Assembly: GCA_905178155.1 (NCBI GenBank)
Contig: CAJINV010000006.1
Location: 1,551,876 to 1,615,875, forward strand
Source: Amoebophrya sp. A120
Lineage: Eukaryota > Protista > Dinoflagellata
Length of the DNA stretch: 64,000 nt
Direction of reading: 5' to 3'
Positions 35,401 through 47,400 of the stretch are shown piece by piece. A program made the translations under genes and the position numbers. Within the stretch, counting starts at the first letter, position 1. The number at the start of each line of letters is the position of its first letter. The notes under the pieces are model-generated. The model was not told the DNA's origin, searched no databases, and saw nothing but the letters and a program-made list of their open reading frames with translations.

Positions 35401-38400
35401 AAAGAAATGGGCGCGAATCCGCATGGTGCTGCCCATGTTTCGCACTGCAGACCATTCGCGGACTTGTTTTGCTCGGCGCCTCTCCGTGCCACCCTCTCGC
35501 GCACCCTCTCGCGCCGCCCTCTTGTGCCGCCCTCTCGCGCAACCCTCTCGCGCCACCCTCTCGCCCTACCCTCTCGCGCCGGGCGGCTTCTGTTCGCCCC
35601 CGGTGTTCTTTGCAGCTGCTCCCTGCGCAGAGCGCCCACAGGCGCGGGAAGCGCGCAAGCGGTCCTGCGGGTTGGCGCAACGCAAACAGGCGGCAGGATT
35701 CCAGTATGTTTCGCTATGCGTAGGCCCGTGGTGTTGCGGTCCAATCGGCAAACAGTCTTGCCTCGGCTCGACAGCCTTGCGCTCCGGCGGCAGCCGGAGC
35801 ATGGCTGGTAAATTGTCATGCAAAAAAACGACTCCAGTTGGAGCACCGTTTCTAGTCGGCGCATCACAAATTTCCCGGGCACTCAAAACGTGTCTGTCAT
35901 GCTAGTTAGGCAAAGGGGTGCGTTTCTATCATGCTAACCAGCACTCCAATTCTTAACCCGCAGAAGGACAATAGTCAGCCCCATAATTGCGTTCTCTGCA
36001 TTACAGTCTTTTTGGTGTCGCATTTCAGGCATCACAAATTATATTCCACTTTGAGGATTTCCATTCTGAGGGTGTCATATGGCGCCATACCAGCATCAGG
36101 GGACGAGCAACGAGGACCAAGCAGGAACTTCTTTTCTGACTATGCATTGCAAATATGTCTGGATGTCTGGAATAGACTTGTTATGCTAGGTGGCGTATCA
36201 CTATCATGAGGAGGCCACAAGTGCTAGCTCAGCATGACAAGTTTCTGAGCTCCTGCTTCTAGGTGTTGCCTATTCTGCATGACAAAGTGCGTTTCTGCAT
36301 GACAGAAAAGTGGAATCTGTTCTAACGCCCACCCGCCAGGAGTCAAATGGCTACTACTACTACTACTACTACTGTATGACAGAAAAGTGGGGCAGCTGCT
36401 TCTGCTAGCTCTTGGGTAGTACTAAATGTGCATGACAGATTTAAGAATCAACATGCCAGACAAGCATGACAAAGACAGACATGCATTCTTCCAGTAGACC
36501 CAAGGAACATATTTGCGCTTGATACTGACAGCAGGTGGCGCAGGAGCTTCTTCGGCTATCAATACCAACTGGATCGGTTTGTTTCTTCCCTGCCACTGCA
36601 AGAACACGAAGCATAAGTCCTTTCCTTTGTAAGCTAACCGCCTTTCACTACGCACCATAGCCAAAAGCTGGCAGCTGCAAAGTCGAAACCGCTCGCGAAA
36701 GCGCTGCGAAAGAGGCAAGACCGAGAAGGGCCACAAGTAAGTAGGAAAGGCCATGGGCCACCCCAGTAGCCCTGCCAAGCAAGAGGCTGCGCCCGTCGCA
36801 ACGTCCTTCCGCCAACGAGGTTCCGGACCGGGCTACCTAGCGGCCGCCGTGTCGCCCTAGCATTATTTCGGCCGTTTTAGGTGCATGGGAGTCCTACACT
36901 ATTTTTTTAAGACTGTCCTTGTCCTACACTCAGGGATCCTACTTATACTCACGGCTCGAGACCTTAGACCCAGCCTCTCCTGCGCTGGCTCCGGCGCGCG
37001 TGTTGTCGCACACGCGCTGCGTGACAGGGCGATGCGGTGGGCCGGGGGCTGGCGCGACGTTCCGTTGCATGTCGAACACGCGCTGCGTGACACGGCGAGG
37101 CGGTCGCTGGCCGGGGATGGGGGCGACGTTCCGTTGCATATCTTGGATTCTAGATTTAAATAAAAACAACCTATTCCGGGGGGGAGGTTGTTTTTATGTG
37201 TGGAGAAATTTACAATCACGGCCACAGTGCAAGATGCTGAATTTCGTCGCACATAAAAACAACCTATGCCCGGGCATAGGTTGATCTTTTGCAAATCTAG
37301 AATCCAGGATATGGGATCGAACGTCGGGCGAGGAGAGGTCGATTTTATGGCCGCGGAATTTTCGCGAAAACCGACTCAACCTGTTGGAAGCAGAGGTTGA
37401 TTTTACCGTCACGAAATTTCGCAGCCATAAAATCGACCTCTTGGAAGCATAGGTTGATTTTATCGTCGCGAAATTTCGTGGCCATAAAATCGACCTCTTG
37501 GAAGCAGAGGTTGATTTTATCGTCGTGAAATTTCGCGCCCATAAAATCGACCTCTTGGAAGCAGAGGTTGATTTTATCGTCGCGAAATTTCGCGCCCATA
37601 AAATCGACCTCTTGGAAGCAGAGGTTGATTTTATCGTCGCGAAATTTCGCGCCCATAAAATCGACCTCTTGGAAGCAGAGGTTGATTTTATCGTCGCGAA
37701 ATTTCGCGCCCATAAAATCGACCTCTTGGAAGCAGAGGTTGATTTTATCGTCGCGAAATTTTGCACCCATAAAATCGACCTCTTGGAAGAAAAGGTTGAC
37801 TTTATCGTCGCGAAATTTCCGGAGCCATCGAATCGACCTCCTGGAAGCAGAGGTTGATTTGATTGCTCCGAAATTTTCGCAGGCACAGAGTCAACCTTTT
37901 GGAAGCAGAGGTTGATTTTATGGTCGCGAAATTTCCGGAGGCATAGAATCGACCTCCTGGAAGCAGAGGCTGACTCTATGGCCACGAAGTTTTATTTTGT
38001 ACAGCCATTGGCTGGAGAAGACGCGGCCCAAAATGCGCATGCTTTGCCAATTTTAGTTCAGGCCCTATGCCAGCTTAAGGAAGCGCAATGGACGAGACCG
38101 GGATTTCCGCAAAGAAAGCAGGATTGCCGCTTATTTCAGTATAGAGAGTATCAATACCAACTGGATCGGTTTGTTTCTTCCCTGCCACTGCAAGAACACG
38201 AAGCAGAAGGCAACCGGGGAATTCGGAACGATTCTGAAAACCAAAGACGACCTACCGGCGCATATCATTTGTAAATACTTACGTCCCCACAGCACCAGAG
38301 TCGAGGTGGGAAATCTGCTAGACAAATCACCCAGTTTTGGTCGTTTGGCATGACAAGTCTCTGCTCGTAGTGTAGTAATCCTGTTTAGGTAGTTCAGCAG

Positions 38401-41400
38401 CATCACAGATCTAATATATCGTGCTGATTTTTATAGCGTCACAAATTCCATCAAAACACGACTCTGAAACGCCTCTCATGTTGGCGGTCCGCGTGAGAAA
38501 CTTTTTTGGCATGCGGATTCGCATGACAAGAACTCTGGTGTGGGGACGTTTTTACTCAGGATAACACAGCTGCCAAACGGCGGAGCCACATTATGACCTG
38601 CTCAAACCTTACAATCTCAAACGTTACAAAAATGCCTGGGATTTGTCTTGCATAATGAGCATGACAGACTTGCAGACCGTTCCATTTTCTGCGATACAAA
38701 TCGAAATCTCGGCAGATTGTAGTGCGGTTTGGGACCACCACTCCGGAACTTGTCATGCGCAGTCCACCTATCAGGCTTGGCTAGATCATGCACTTCTTGC
38801 ATCACAGATTTCCTGATTTAATTGTAACATTTGAGCAGGTCATACACGTTGCCAGAATTTTCGGTAATGGCACGAAAAATTCCACCAAACTTTATGGATT
38901 CGATCGAACTTATGGAACTGTCAGGATCGAAATTGACAAAATCGAAAAATTTGTGATGCATAAAATGCATGGCGCGAATTCCGTGTGTTGCAGAGCAGGC
39001 AAGTGAGGCCGATTGTAAGCCTGTTTGGGGTTAGAGCTCGAGCTGCTAAAGCAGCATGAGAGAATCAGTCTTGTTTGCCTAAACAGCATTACAAACTGGA
39101 TTTAGGCACCGCCAGAATTTGTGATGCGCCAGTTAGAAACTGGGTTCGAACTGGAATCCATTTTATGCATGACAAATTATTTCGATTTTGTCGATTTCGA
39201 TTCTGACACTTCCATAGAACTCTCCGAGTTCCGGTCGAATTCGTTTTTCGGACACAGTACGCCCGACATAGCCCGGAGGAGTGAGAACCTCTACAATTGC
39301 ATCAAGACCCCGGATGGACTTAACGGCCAAATTGACGAGGATGCCTACAACGCGTTTAAAGAAAACCCGCAGAGCATTTGCGCCGACCCACACGAAATAG
39401 ACCAGCCGGTGGTGCCGCCGAGGGGGGGGTCGACCTTACCCTGTGCAAAAGTATCGTATTCGTATTGCAGTCATGCATTACAAATCAGCTTCTTGAGGTC
39501 AGTCAGCATTACAAATTTTGTTTCTCATGCTGAGGAACTTTGTAATGCATGATTTATACGAGTACGATACTTTTGCAATGCATAGACCTCCTCCCCCGAC
39601 AATGCATTTGTCGCCGTGATTATGGTGAGCAAAAACGTCCCCATCCCAGAGTCAAGATGGGAAACCTGCTAGACAAATCGCCGGGCTTTGGCGGTTGCAC
39701 ATGACAAATTTCTTGGGCGAGCAATTTAATCGTATCCAGCTAGTCCAACCGCATCACAGCTCTAACATACCATGCGAATTTGAGCATCACAAATCTCAAA
39801 GCACCACTATAGAAACCGCTTCTCATGGGTCCTCTCCGCATGAGAAACATTTTCAGCATGCGCATTTGCATTACAGCTCTGGGGAGGTGGGGGTGTTTTT
39901 ACAAATGATAGTGATGCTGGTTCCAAAAATATTAAATGTAAAAATCCCTGGATGTCTGGAAGAATGCATGTTTGTCATGCTTGTCTGGCATGACTCTTAA
40001 ATCTGTCATGCACATTGCCCAAGAGACGTTTTTTTCTGTCATGCGGAGACGCGGCTTGTCATGCAGAATAGGCAACACCTACAAGCTCAGAAATTTGTCA
40101 TGCTGAGCCAGCACTTGTGGACTCCTTATGCTACGCCACTCAGTATCACAAGTTTCCAGACCCAGACATTTTTGCATTTGATAAAAAATCGACGGGATCG
40201 AAAACTCCTGCCGCGACGACAGCAAGTGCAACTTATCCTGTGCAAAAGTATAATCTGATTACTCGTATTGCAATCATGCATGACAATTTTTTTTCTCAAG
40301 GTAAATCCGCATTACAAATTTATATTTCTCATGCTGATGGTGATGCTGAGGAAATAGTTTGTAATGCATTTATAGATACAAGTATCGGATACTTTTGCAG
40401 TTCATACAACTCCCAGGACAGCAACGACTGCTGCTCCTGCGACTTTAGCATCGGCCAGAGGGAATGCTACGGCGGGGCTGATGCCAATCCAGACCGTTTT
40501 TCTATCACGAGAAAAAAGTGTTACAGTTACACATTTGTTGGAGTTTCTGCATCACAAATTTTCTCTGTGTGGCAGAGAAAACTTGTAATGCGAAGCTCAT
40601 AAGGGAAAACAGGAAGGAAACGAGGCGCCCAAGCATTTCCTGCATGAGAAAGGTTGTCTGTGTTGCCGGTCTTGCAACACAATGTGTAACTGTAACACTT
40701 TTTCTTGCGATATTTTCGAAGCACCACTGGGAGGCGGAGGAAGCCGCGACCTGCCGGGATGTATCCTGTGCAAAAGTATCGTACTCGCATTGCAGTCATG
40801 CATTACAAATCTTTTTCTTAAGGTGCATCCGCATTACATTTCTGATGCTGAGGAAATTTGTAATGCATTTATACGAGTACGATACTTTTGCAATGCATAG
40901 GATGGCTGGATTCCCAAAATCACGCTCGGGTCGGAGAATGGGAAACACAAAAATCCAACCTGCGAGTATAGCTGCTACAATCCGGACCCGCGCTGCAAAC
41001 TGATTCTCGCGGTCGCCGCCGATGTGCCAAACAACTATTACGAAGTTATCCTGAGTAAAAAAAAAAATGTTGTCCCCACCCCACAGTCAAATTGGTATCT
41101 CTGGAACACAAATCCGCAAGTTTTGGCAGTTGTGCATGACAAGTTCTTTCCATCTTCAGCGCAGTGGTGGTTAGCAAGGGATAAAGCCGCATAACAAAGC
41201 CACTTTCTCATCCTCTTTACAGCATGGCAAATTCCAAAACACGATTGGAAATGCCTCTCGTGGAGATGCGCATTACAAATGTCCCTGTCATTCCGCATTT
41301 GCATGACAACTCTGGGGCGGTGGGGGCGTTTTTATTCAGGATAAAAGTACCACGGGGCATTGGCCCGGCGTACCGGGCTGCAGACAACACCATCAGGCAG

Positions 41401-44400
41401 CACAAGTGGACACATGATCTCCGCCACTACTACTTCACTATTTTTCAGATCCTTCGTAAGAAGTGGCACCCCATGATCGCGGACGAGATTCTGCTCCTGC
41501 CGAGCTCCCAAGACGGCGGCGAGCGGGCGCAGACGCACCACACGGATTTCCTTTTCAACATGCGTATCAAGTGCAAATATGTCTGGTTCTGGAAGAGTCA
41601 TGCTGCTTTTGCATGACGCAGAAGGTCTGGCATGGAAGCTCTAGCATCACAGGTTTCGTCGAGAAGCTTCCGCACTGCCGAATCCGCATGACAAATGCCC
41701 CACTTTATTGACAGAAAGTGGGCAGCTTTTGCTGGCTATGCATGAGAGATCTTTATCTGTTGTGAAATGCGCATCACAAGTTCGCATTCTTCCAGACATC
41801 CAGGGATATTTACAATTCATAGCGCGCTACCAAATGCAGTACGAAACCGCGTACAATGTCTTCGACGAGCTCTGTATCCTGTGCACAAGTATCGTACTCG
41901 TCTTGCAGCCATGCATTACAAAGCCTTTTCTTAACGTAATTCTGCATTACAAATTTTATTTCTCATGCTGAGGAACAAATTTGTATTGCATTTAGAGCCT
42001 GTACGATTAATCGACCCCCTTCTCGATACCGAGAAGCCCCCCCGAGTCCGGATTCTGACCGACCTCACCCCCCCACGCCCCCCTTCTCGAAATCGGGGGG
42101 CTGTTTATCGCGAATCCCGATTCCGAATCCTAACGCCGACGCTACGGCGCATCTTGCGCCAACTATTGCTTCTCTTCAGCTTTCAAAATCACGGCCGCAG
42201 GCGCGGCCCCAGTGCTCTTTAGAGGATGACTCGCATCGAGAGAAACACACACGGAGCCCGCGCACTGTGTCGCGTTTTGCTCTCTCTGTCGGCTTTTTTT
42301 TTGCAAGCAGAACCCAGCGAATTTTCGTCCGACTTTCTCGGAAGCTTGTAGCCACCTGCTTCCTTCCATGTCCCGCACTGTTCTCGCCAAGACGATCAGG
42401 CCGCCATCTTTCGGAGAGCAGTAGCGCAGCCAGTTCGCAACAGATGCGCTCCGCGCGCAGTAAAACTTTTCCACTGCGTGGCGGATTGGATCTGTTGTGT
42501 ACTAAAACGCGAACAGATCTAGTCTGCTGTAGATCTCGGAAATTCTTCGGCGCAGCTTGCGGCCTTTTCTTTGGCATAGGCCGTATGTGCGCTTCTTTCG
42601 AAAAACGCTCCGCCCCTCTTGTTCCTCTTCTTTAAAGACCGCACCTCTTGAAAGAAAAAAAGTCACCGAAGCGCAGCAGGAGAGTGGAGACAACTTTTGC
42701 CATTGTCCCAGTGCGCTCGGCTTCTTTAGAATGACGCAGCGCGGTTCGGTACAAAGTGGGCGCCTACCTCCTCCGCGTGGGGTTTTGCTTTGCAGTGTGT
42801 AGATGGATTAGTGCGAATGCGGGCGGTCTTCAGCTTCATTATTTTCTGGCGCTCCTACTACTTATTGACCCTAGTTTGGTTCTAGGGTGGTAATCAAGTC
42901 GCAGGCGGATCAGAAACTAGAAAACCAGAACAGGAACTACTAGAAGTCAGTCGCGGAGCCGGAGCGGCACGCAGCCGCGACAGCGCCGGCTTGGCGATTT
43001 CTGCTTATTTCTGCTCTGGCTTTTTAGAAGTGGCTGCGCCAGAAATAGAATTAGAAACCGCGCTGGGCATACGTGATAAGCACGCTACTAGCCAACCACG
43101 CTAGCGCACGGCAATAAGAACGCACGACCAGCGCATGCCCATACTTTTTAAATTTGCCAAGTCCTAATCCCTGGCGCTATGGGAGGGGAAGCTCCGCGCT
43201 CACGTTTTGGATTTGCTTGGTGGCGAATTGAGCCAGACTGAGTCGGCTGCTTCTGGGGAGGCCGGACGACCGACCATACTTACCCCCCCCTTCTCGGTAT
43301 CGAGAAGGGGGTCGATTAATCGTGCGGGCTCTTATACGAGTAGGAGTATTTTTGCAATGCATACTCTGGCAGCGCGCGTCCCTGTCCGTGCTGCAGCAGA
43401 ATCGGTTTCTTTTCATGGACAGGGTCAACACACTGCATCCCAAAATCGGTGTGTGTTGCTACAACAAGTTTCACTCCACGCTCGACGAGCTGATTACCAC
43501 GCTGGACGTGCAGCCGAAGGACAAACACGCCAGACTAGCTCACACGAGCATCGAGAAGGTGCGCAGCGCGTACGACTTTCCGCCGAGCATGAATTTTATT
43601 GCCCAGAAGGACTTCACGCTGCGGGTTTACGATTTGAAAAAACGTTATGCAACTGTCAGGATTGAAATCGTCAAAGTTGAAATCGTTTGTCATGCATAAA
43701 ACCGATACCAGTCGGAAGCCCACTTATCAGGCGGCGCATGGTAACTTTTACGAGCACCGGAATCCAATTTGTCATGCTGTTTCGGCACAGAAGACTGCTC
43801 CTGTCATGCTACTTTAGCAGCTCTAAGTCAAACCCTAAACAGGCTCACAATCGGCCTTACTTGCCATCCCGGCAAGACAGGCACTTCATGCCTTGCATTT
43901 TATGCATTACAAATCATTTCAACTTTGACGATTTCAATCCTGACACTCCCATAAACGTTTGAAGGGACACACGACGGAACAAGACGGGCTCACAGGGCAC
44001 TTGTCGCACCGTATCGATGGGAAAAATCCCTCCTCCCCGTATCAATAAAAAGAAAATTTCTCATGCTCACTTGTGACCACAAACCAGCCTTGTCTTGCGT
44101 ACAAGGCAAACAGCATCCATGTGGCGCATTGTGCAGCGAGTCTGTCATGCGCGTTCGCCTTACGTCAGACTTGTTCCTCATGCTCAGCTGCTAGACGGGT
44201 GCGTACCCAATAAGAATAAATGGGCCTCGAATATGCCAACAAGCACCTGCAGCAATACAAAGTTCATTTGTGTACACAAATCCAGCAACACAAATTGTCT
44301 GTTGGATATGGTGTGGGGGTTTTTTTCCCTTTGATGCGCCGCATGCTGGGGGCCTGTTTTTCCTTTCCGCGGGCCCGCGAGAAACCGCCCCCGGACGGCA

Positions 44401-47400
44401 CGGGCAAGCCGGTCGGCAACTTGGCCGCGCCGGCGCTGCACGAATGCGATTTTTTGGAGAAACTCGACGAAATGAAGATGCCCAACGAGAGCGCGGACGC
44501 TCCGGATGGGGAGTTCGCCTACGTACGGTGGAACCAGGTGACCCGGGAGAAAAAGACCGTGACCGTGGAACCTGCACCAGCGCCAGCAGCTCCAACGCCC
44601 TCAGCAACCGAGCCGAATAATATCCTGAGTAAAAATGTACCCACACCAGAGTCAGGATGGGGATTTTGCAACACAAACCTAGGAGTTTTGTGAGTCACGC
44701 ATGACAAGGTGCACTCTGCAGCGTAGTGCTGGTTAGCAAGTGCAGCCGCATCACAGATTCATCTGCTCATCCTGTTCACAGCATCACAAATTCCAAAACA
44801 CTATTGGAAATGGCTCTCATGGGGATGCGCATTACAAGTCTTCCTGTCTTTGCAAATCTGCATTACAACTCTGGCGTGGGTACGTTTTTACTCAGGATAA
44901 ACAAGCGGGCGTCGTTTGGCGTGGCGCACTGGGCGGTGGGCGGGGATCACCCTGCCCTATGGATTGCAAATACGTCTGGGTCTGGAATGATACAAACTTG
45001 CGATGCGCATTTCAGAACACAGAAAAATCTCTCATGCAGAGGCAGCAAAAGTTCTTGCCCACTTTCTGTCGCCAAAATCAGGGATTTGTCATGCGGATTC
45101 GGCATTGCGAACGCTTCTCGAAACCTGTGATGCTGGAGCTTCCATGCCAGACCTTCTGTGTCATGCAAAAGCAGCATGATAATTCTTCCAGACCCAGACA
45201 CTTTTGCATTTGATACGCCCTGATTGCAGACGAGTCGAACCTCAAGAATGTCGTACATTCGGACGACGACTATCAACTGCAAAAATGTCTGGGTCTGGAA
45301 GATTGCAATTTGTCATGGTAAATCTCAAGCATGCAAAAATCTGTGTTGCATGTGTGCCAAAAGTTGTACACTTTTGACCAAGTTGGAAGGGAGTTTCTCA
45401 TGCAGGATAGGCATGGCAGAGACCTCGCAGAGTCTGTCATGCTAAGTCCCGCATTCCAGACCTCATGGGTAATGGAAAATCTGCATGACAAGTCTACACT
45501 TTTCCAGACCCAGACACTTTTGCATTTGATAACGACGAGAGCTTCACAATTTCGGAACTGAGGAACATGGAGCAGGGCCTCACCAGCCTATGAAATGCAA
45601 AAATATCTGGGTCTGGAAACTTGTGATGCTACAATGTGGATGATGGAAAGAGTTCCGAATGCAACCCAGCATGACAACTTTCCAGAACGCTTTCTCATGA
45701 TAGGCAATCCGCATGAGAAATTGCATTTTTGCATGTACAAAAGAGGCTGCGACTTTATTTGTTGGTTTTGCAATACAGATTTTCTAGGTATAGAAAGCTA
45801 GCATCACAAGTTCCAACCTTCCAGACGCAAACACTTTTGCAATCCATACAGCCTTTTCGAGAACAAGTTGCTGGGTTTGTTTTCCCTTCAGCGTGCAGCC
45901 TTCACCTATGAAAGCCTCAGAATGGAAATCCTCATCAACGTGGAAATAATTTGTGATGCATGAAATGCGACGCGAAAAAGACTGTATTGCAGAGGATGCT
46001 ATGGAAGCCGACTATTGTCCTGCTACGGGTTAAGAATTGGAGCGCTGATTAGCACGAGAAAAGGGCACCCCTTTGCGTTGACCAGCATGACAGGCATGCT
46101 TTGAGTTCCCGGGGAATTTGTCATGCGCCCCCTGGAAGTGGCGCTTCAACTGGAATGCTTTTCTGCATTACAAACTGTTTCCACTCTGAGGATTTCCAAC
46201 CTGAGGCTTTCATATCACCACCAAGCTAAATTCAGAGTACGGACTCGGGCGGGATTCGCGGACCAGGTCGGTCGATATGGAGCACTCAAATGATGTTACA
46301 TTCTCGATTGTTACACGAATTTGTGATGCAGAAACAGCAATAGGGGAAGGGGCAAGCTTGCAAGTCTCGCATCACAAATTTTGCACAGATTTAGATGGTA
46401 ACTAACCCTTCGAGAATTTGTCATGCGAAGCAGCTTGATCGCCTGGCGGCTCATGAACTTTTGCACGACAAACCAGGCAACAGTTGAGAGTGTAACGCTT
46501 GAGACCGCCATAGCCGAAAACGTGAAACACACCGAGGGCGCGGACGCACCCATCGCTGTCAAGGCGACTATCAACTGCACTTACGTCTGGATGTCTGGAA
46601 GGTTGCGACTTGTGATGCTGTCTTTGGATTCTAAAAAACCCTGCGTTGCATCACCAGCAAGAGGAGTGCAGTTTGTGCTACGCGGACGGGAGGGCATTTG
46701 TCATGCGGGATAGGCATCAGGAACCCCTCTAAAAAGCTGTGATGCTAGCGCAGGCATTACAGGCATCATGGGTCAATGTAAAACTTGCATGACAAACTCT
46801 CGCGATCTTCCAGACCCAGACATATTTGCAGTTGATAGCGACGCGCGTTGAGCAACGAAATGGGTTGCCAAGGTACAAATGGCGAACGGAAGATGAGGAC
46901 GGGGACCTCACCATCAACTTCCGGATTCTCTATTCTGTGTAAAAACGTCCCCACAACTCCATAGTCAGGATGGGAAATCTGCTAGACAAATCCACAAAGC
47001 TTGGCTGTCGCGCATGACAGGTTCTTTGGTCTCGCATTGTAATGGTGTTTACTGCTATTTCACCAGCATCACAAATTCAGCATATCATGCTGATTGGAGC
47101 ATGACAAATTTCGCAACACGACTAAAAAATGCTTCTCTTGGGGTATTATGCATGAGAAACATCTTCCGCTTGCAGAATTGCATTACAAGAACTATGGGGT
47201 CGTGGGGACGTTTTTACAAATGACATTCTCCCGATGATCTTCAAGGGGGTGTGCCAAGATTCGCTGGTGATGCTGAACTATCCTGCGCAAAAGTATCGTA
47301 CTCGTACGTAATTGCATTCATGCATTGCAAATTTTCTTCTTAAGGTAAATCCGCATGACAAATTTCATTTCTCATGCTGGGGAAATTTGTATATGCATTT

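Noticed and set aside
37334-37985. CRISPR array or 19-aa repeat protein
   Set aside because: Units are contiguous with no unique spacers and no cas genes; the ORFs on both strands are a by-product of a 57-bp palindromic unit.
41995-43331. Autonomous transposase for the introners
   Set aside because: No long ORF or DDE motif here or elsewhere in the window; TIR and TSD differ from the introners.
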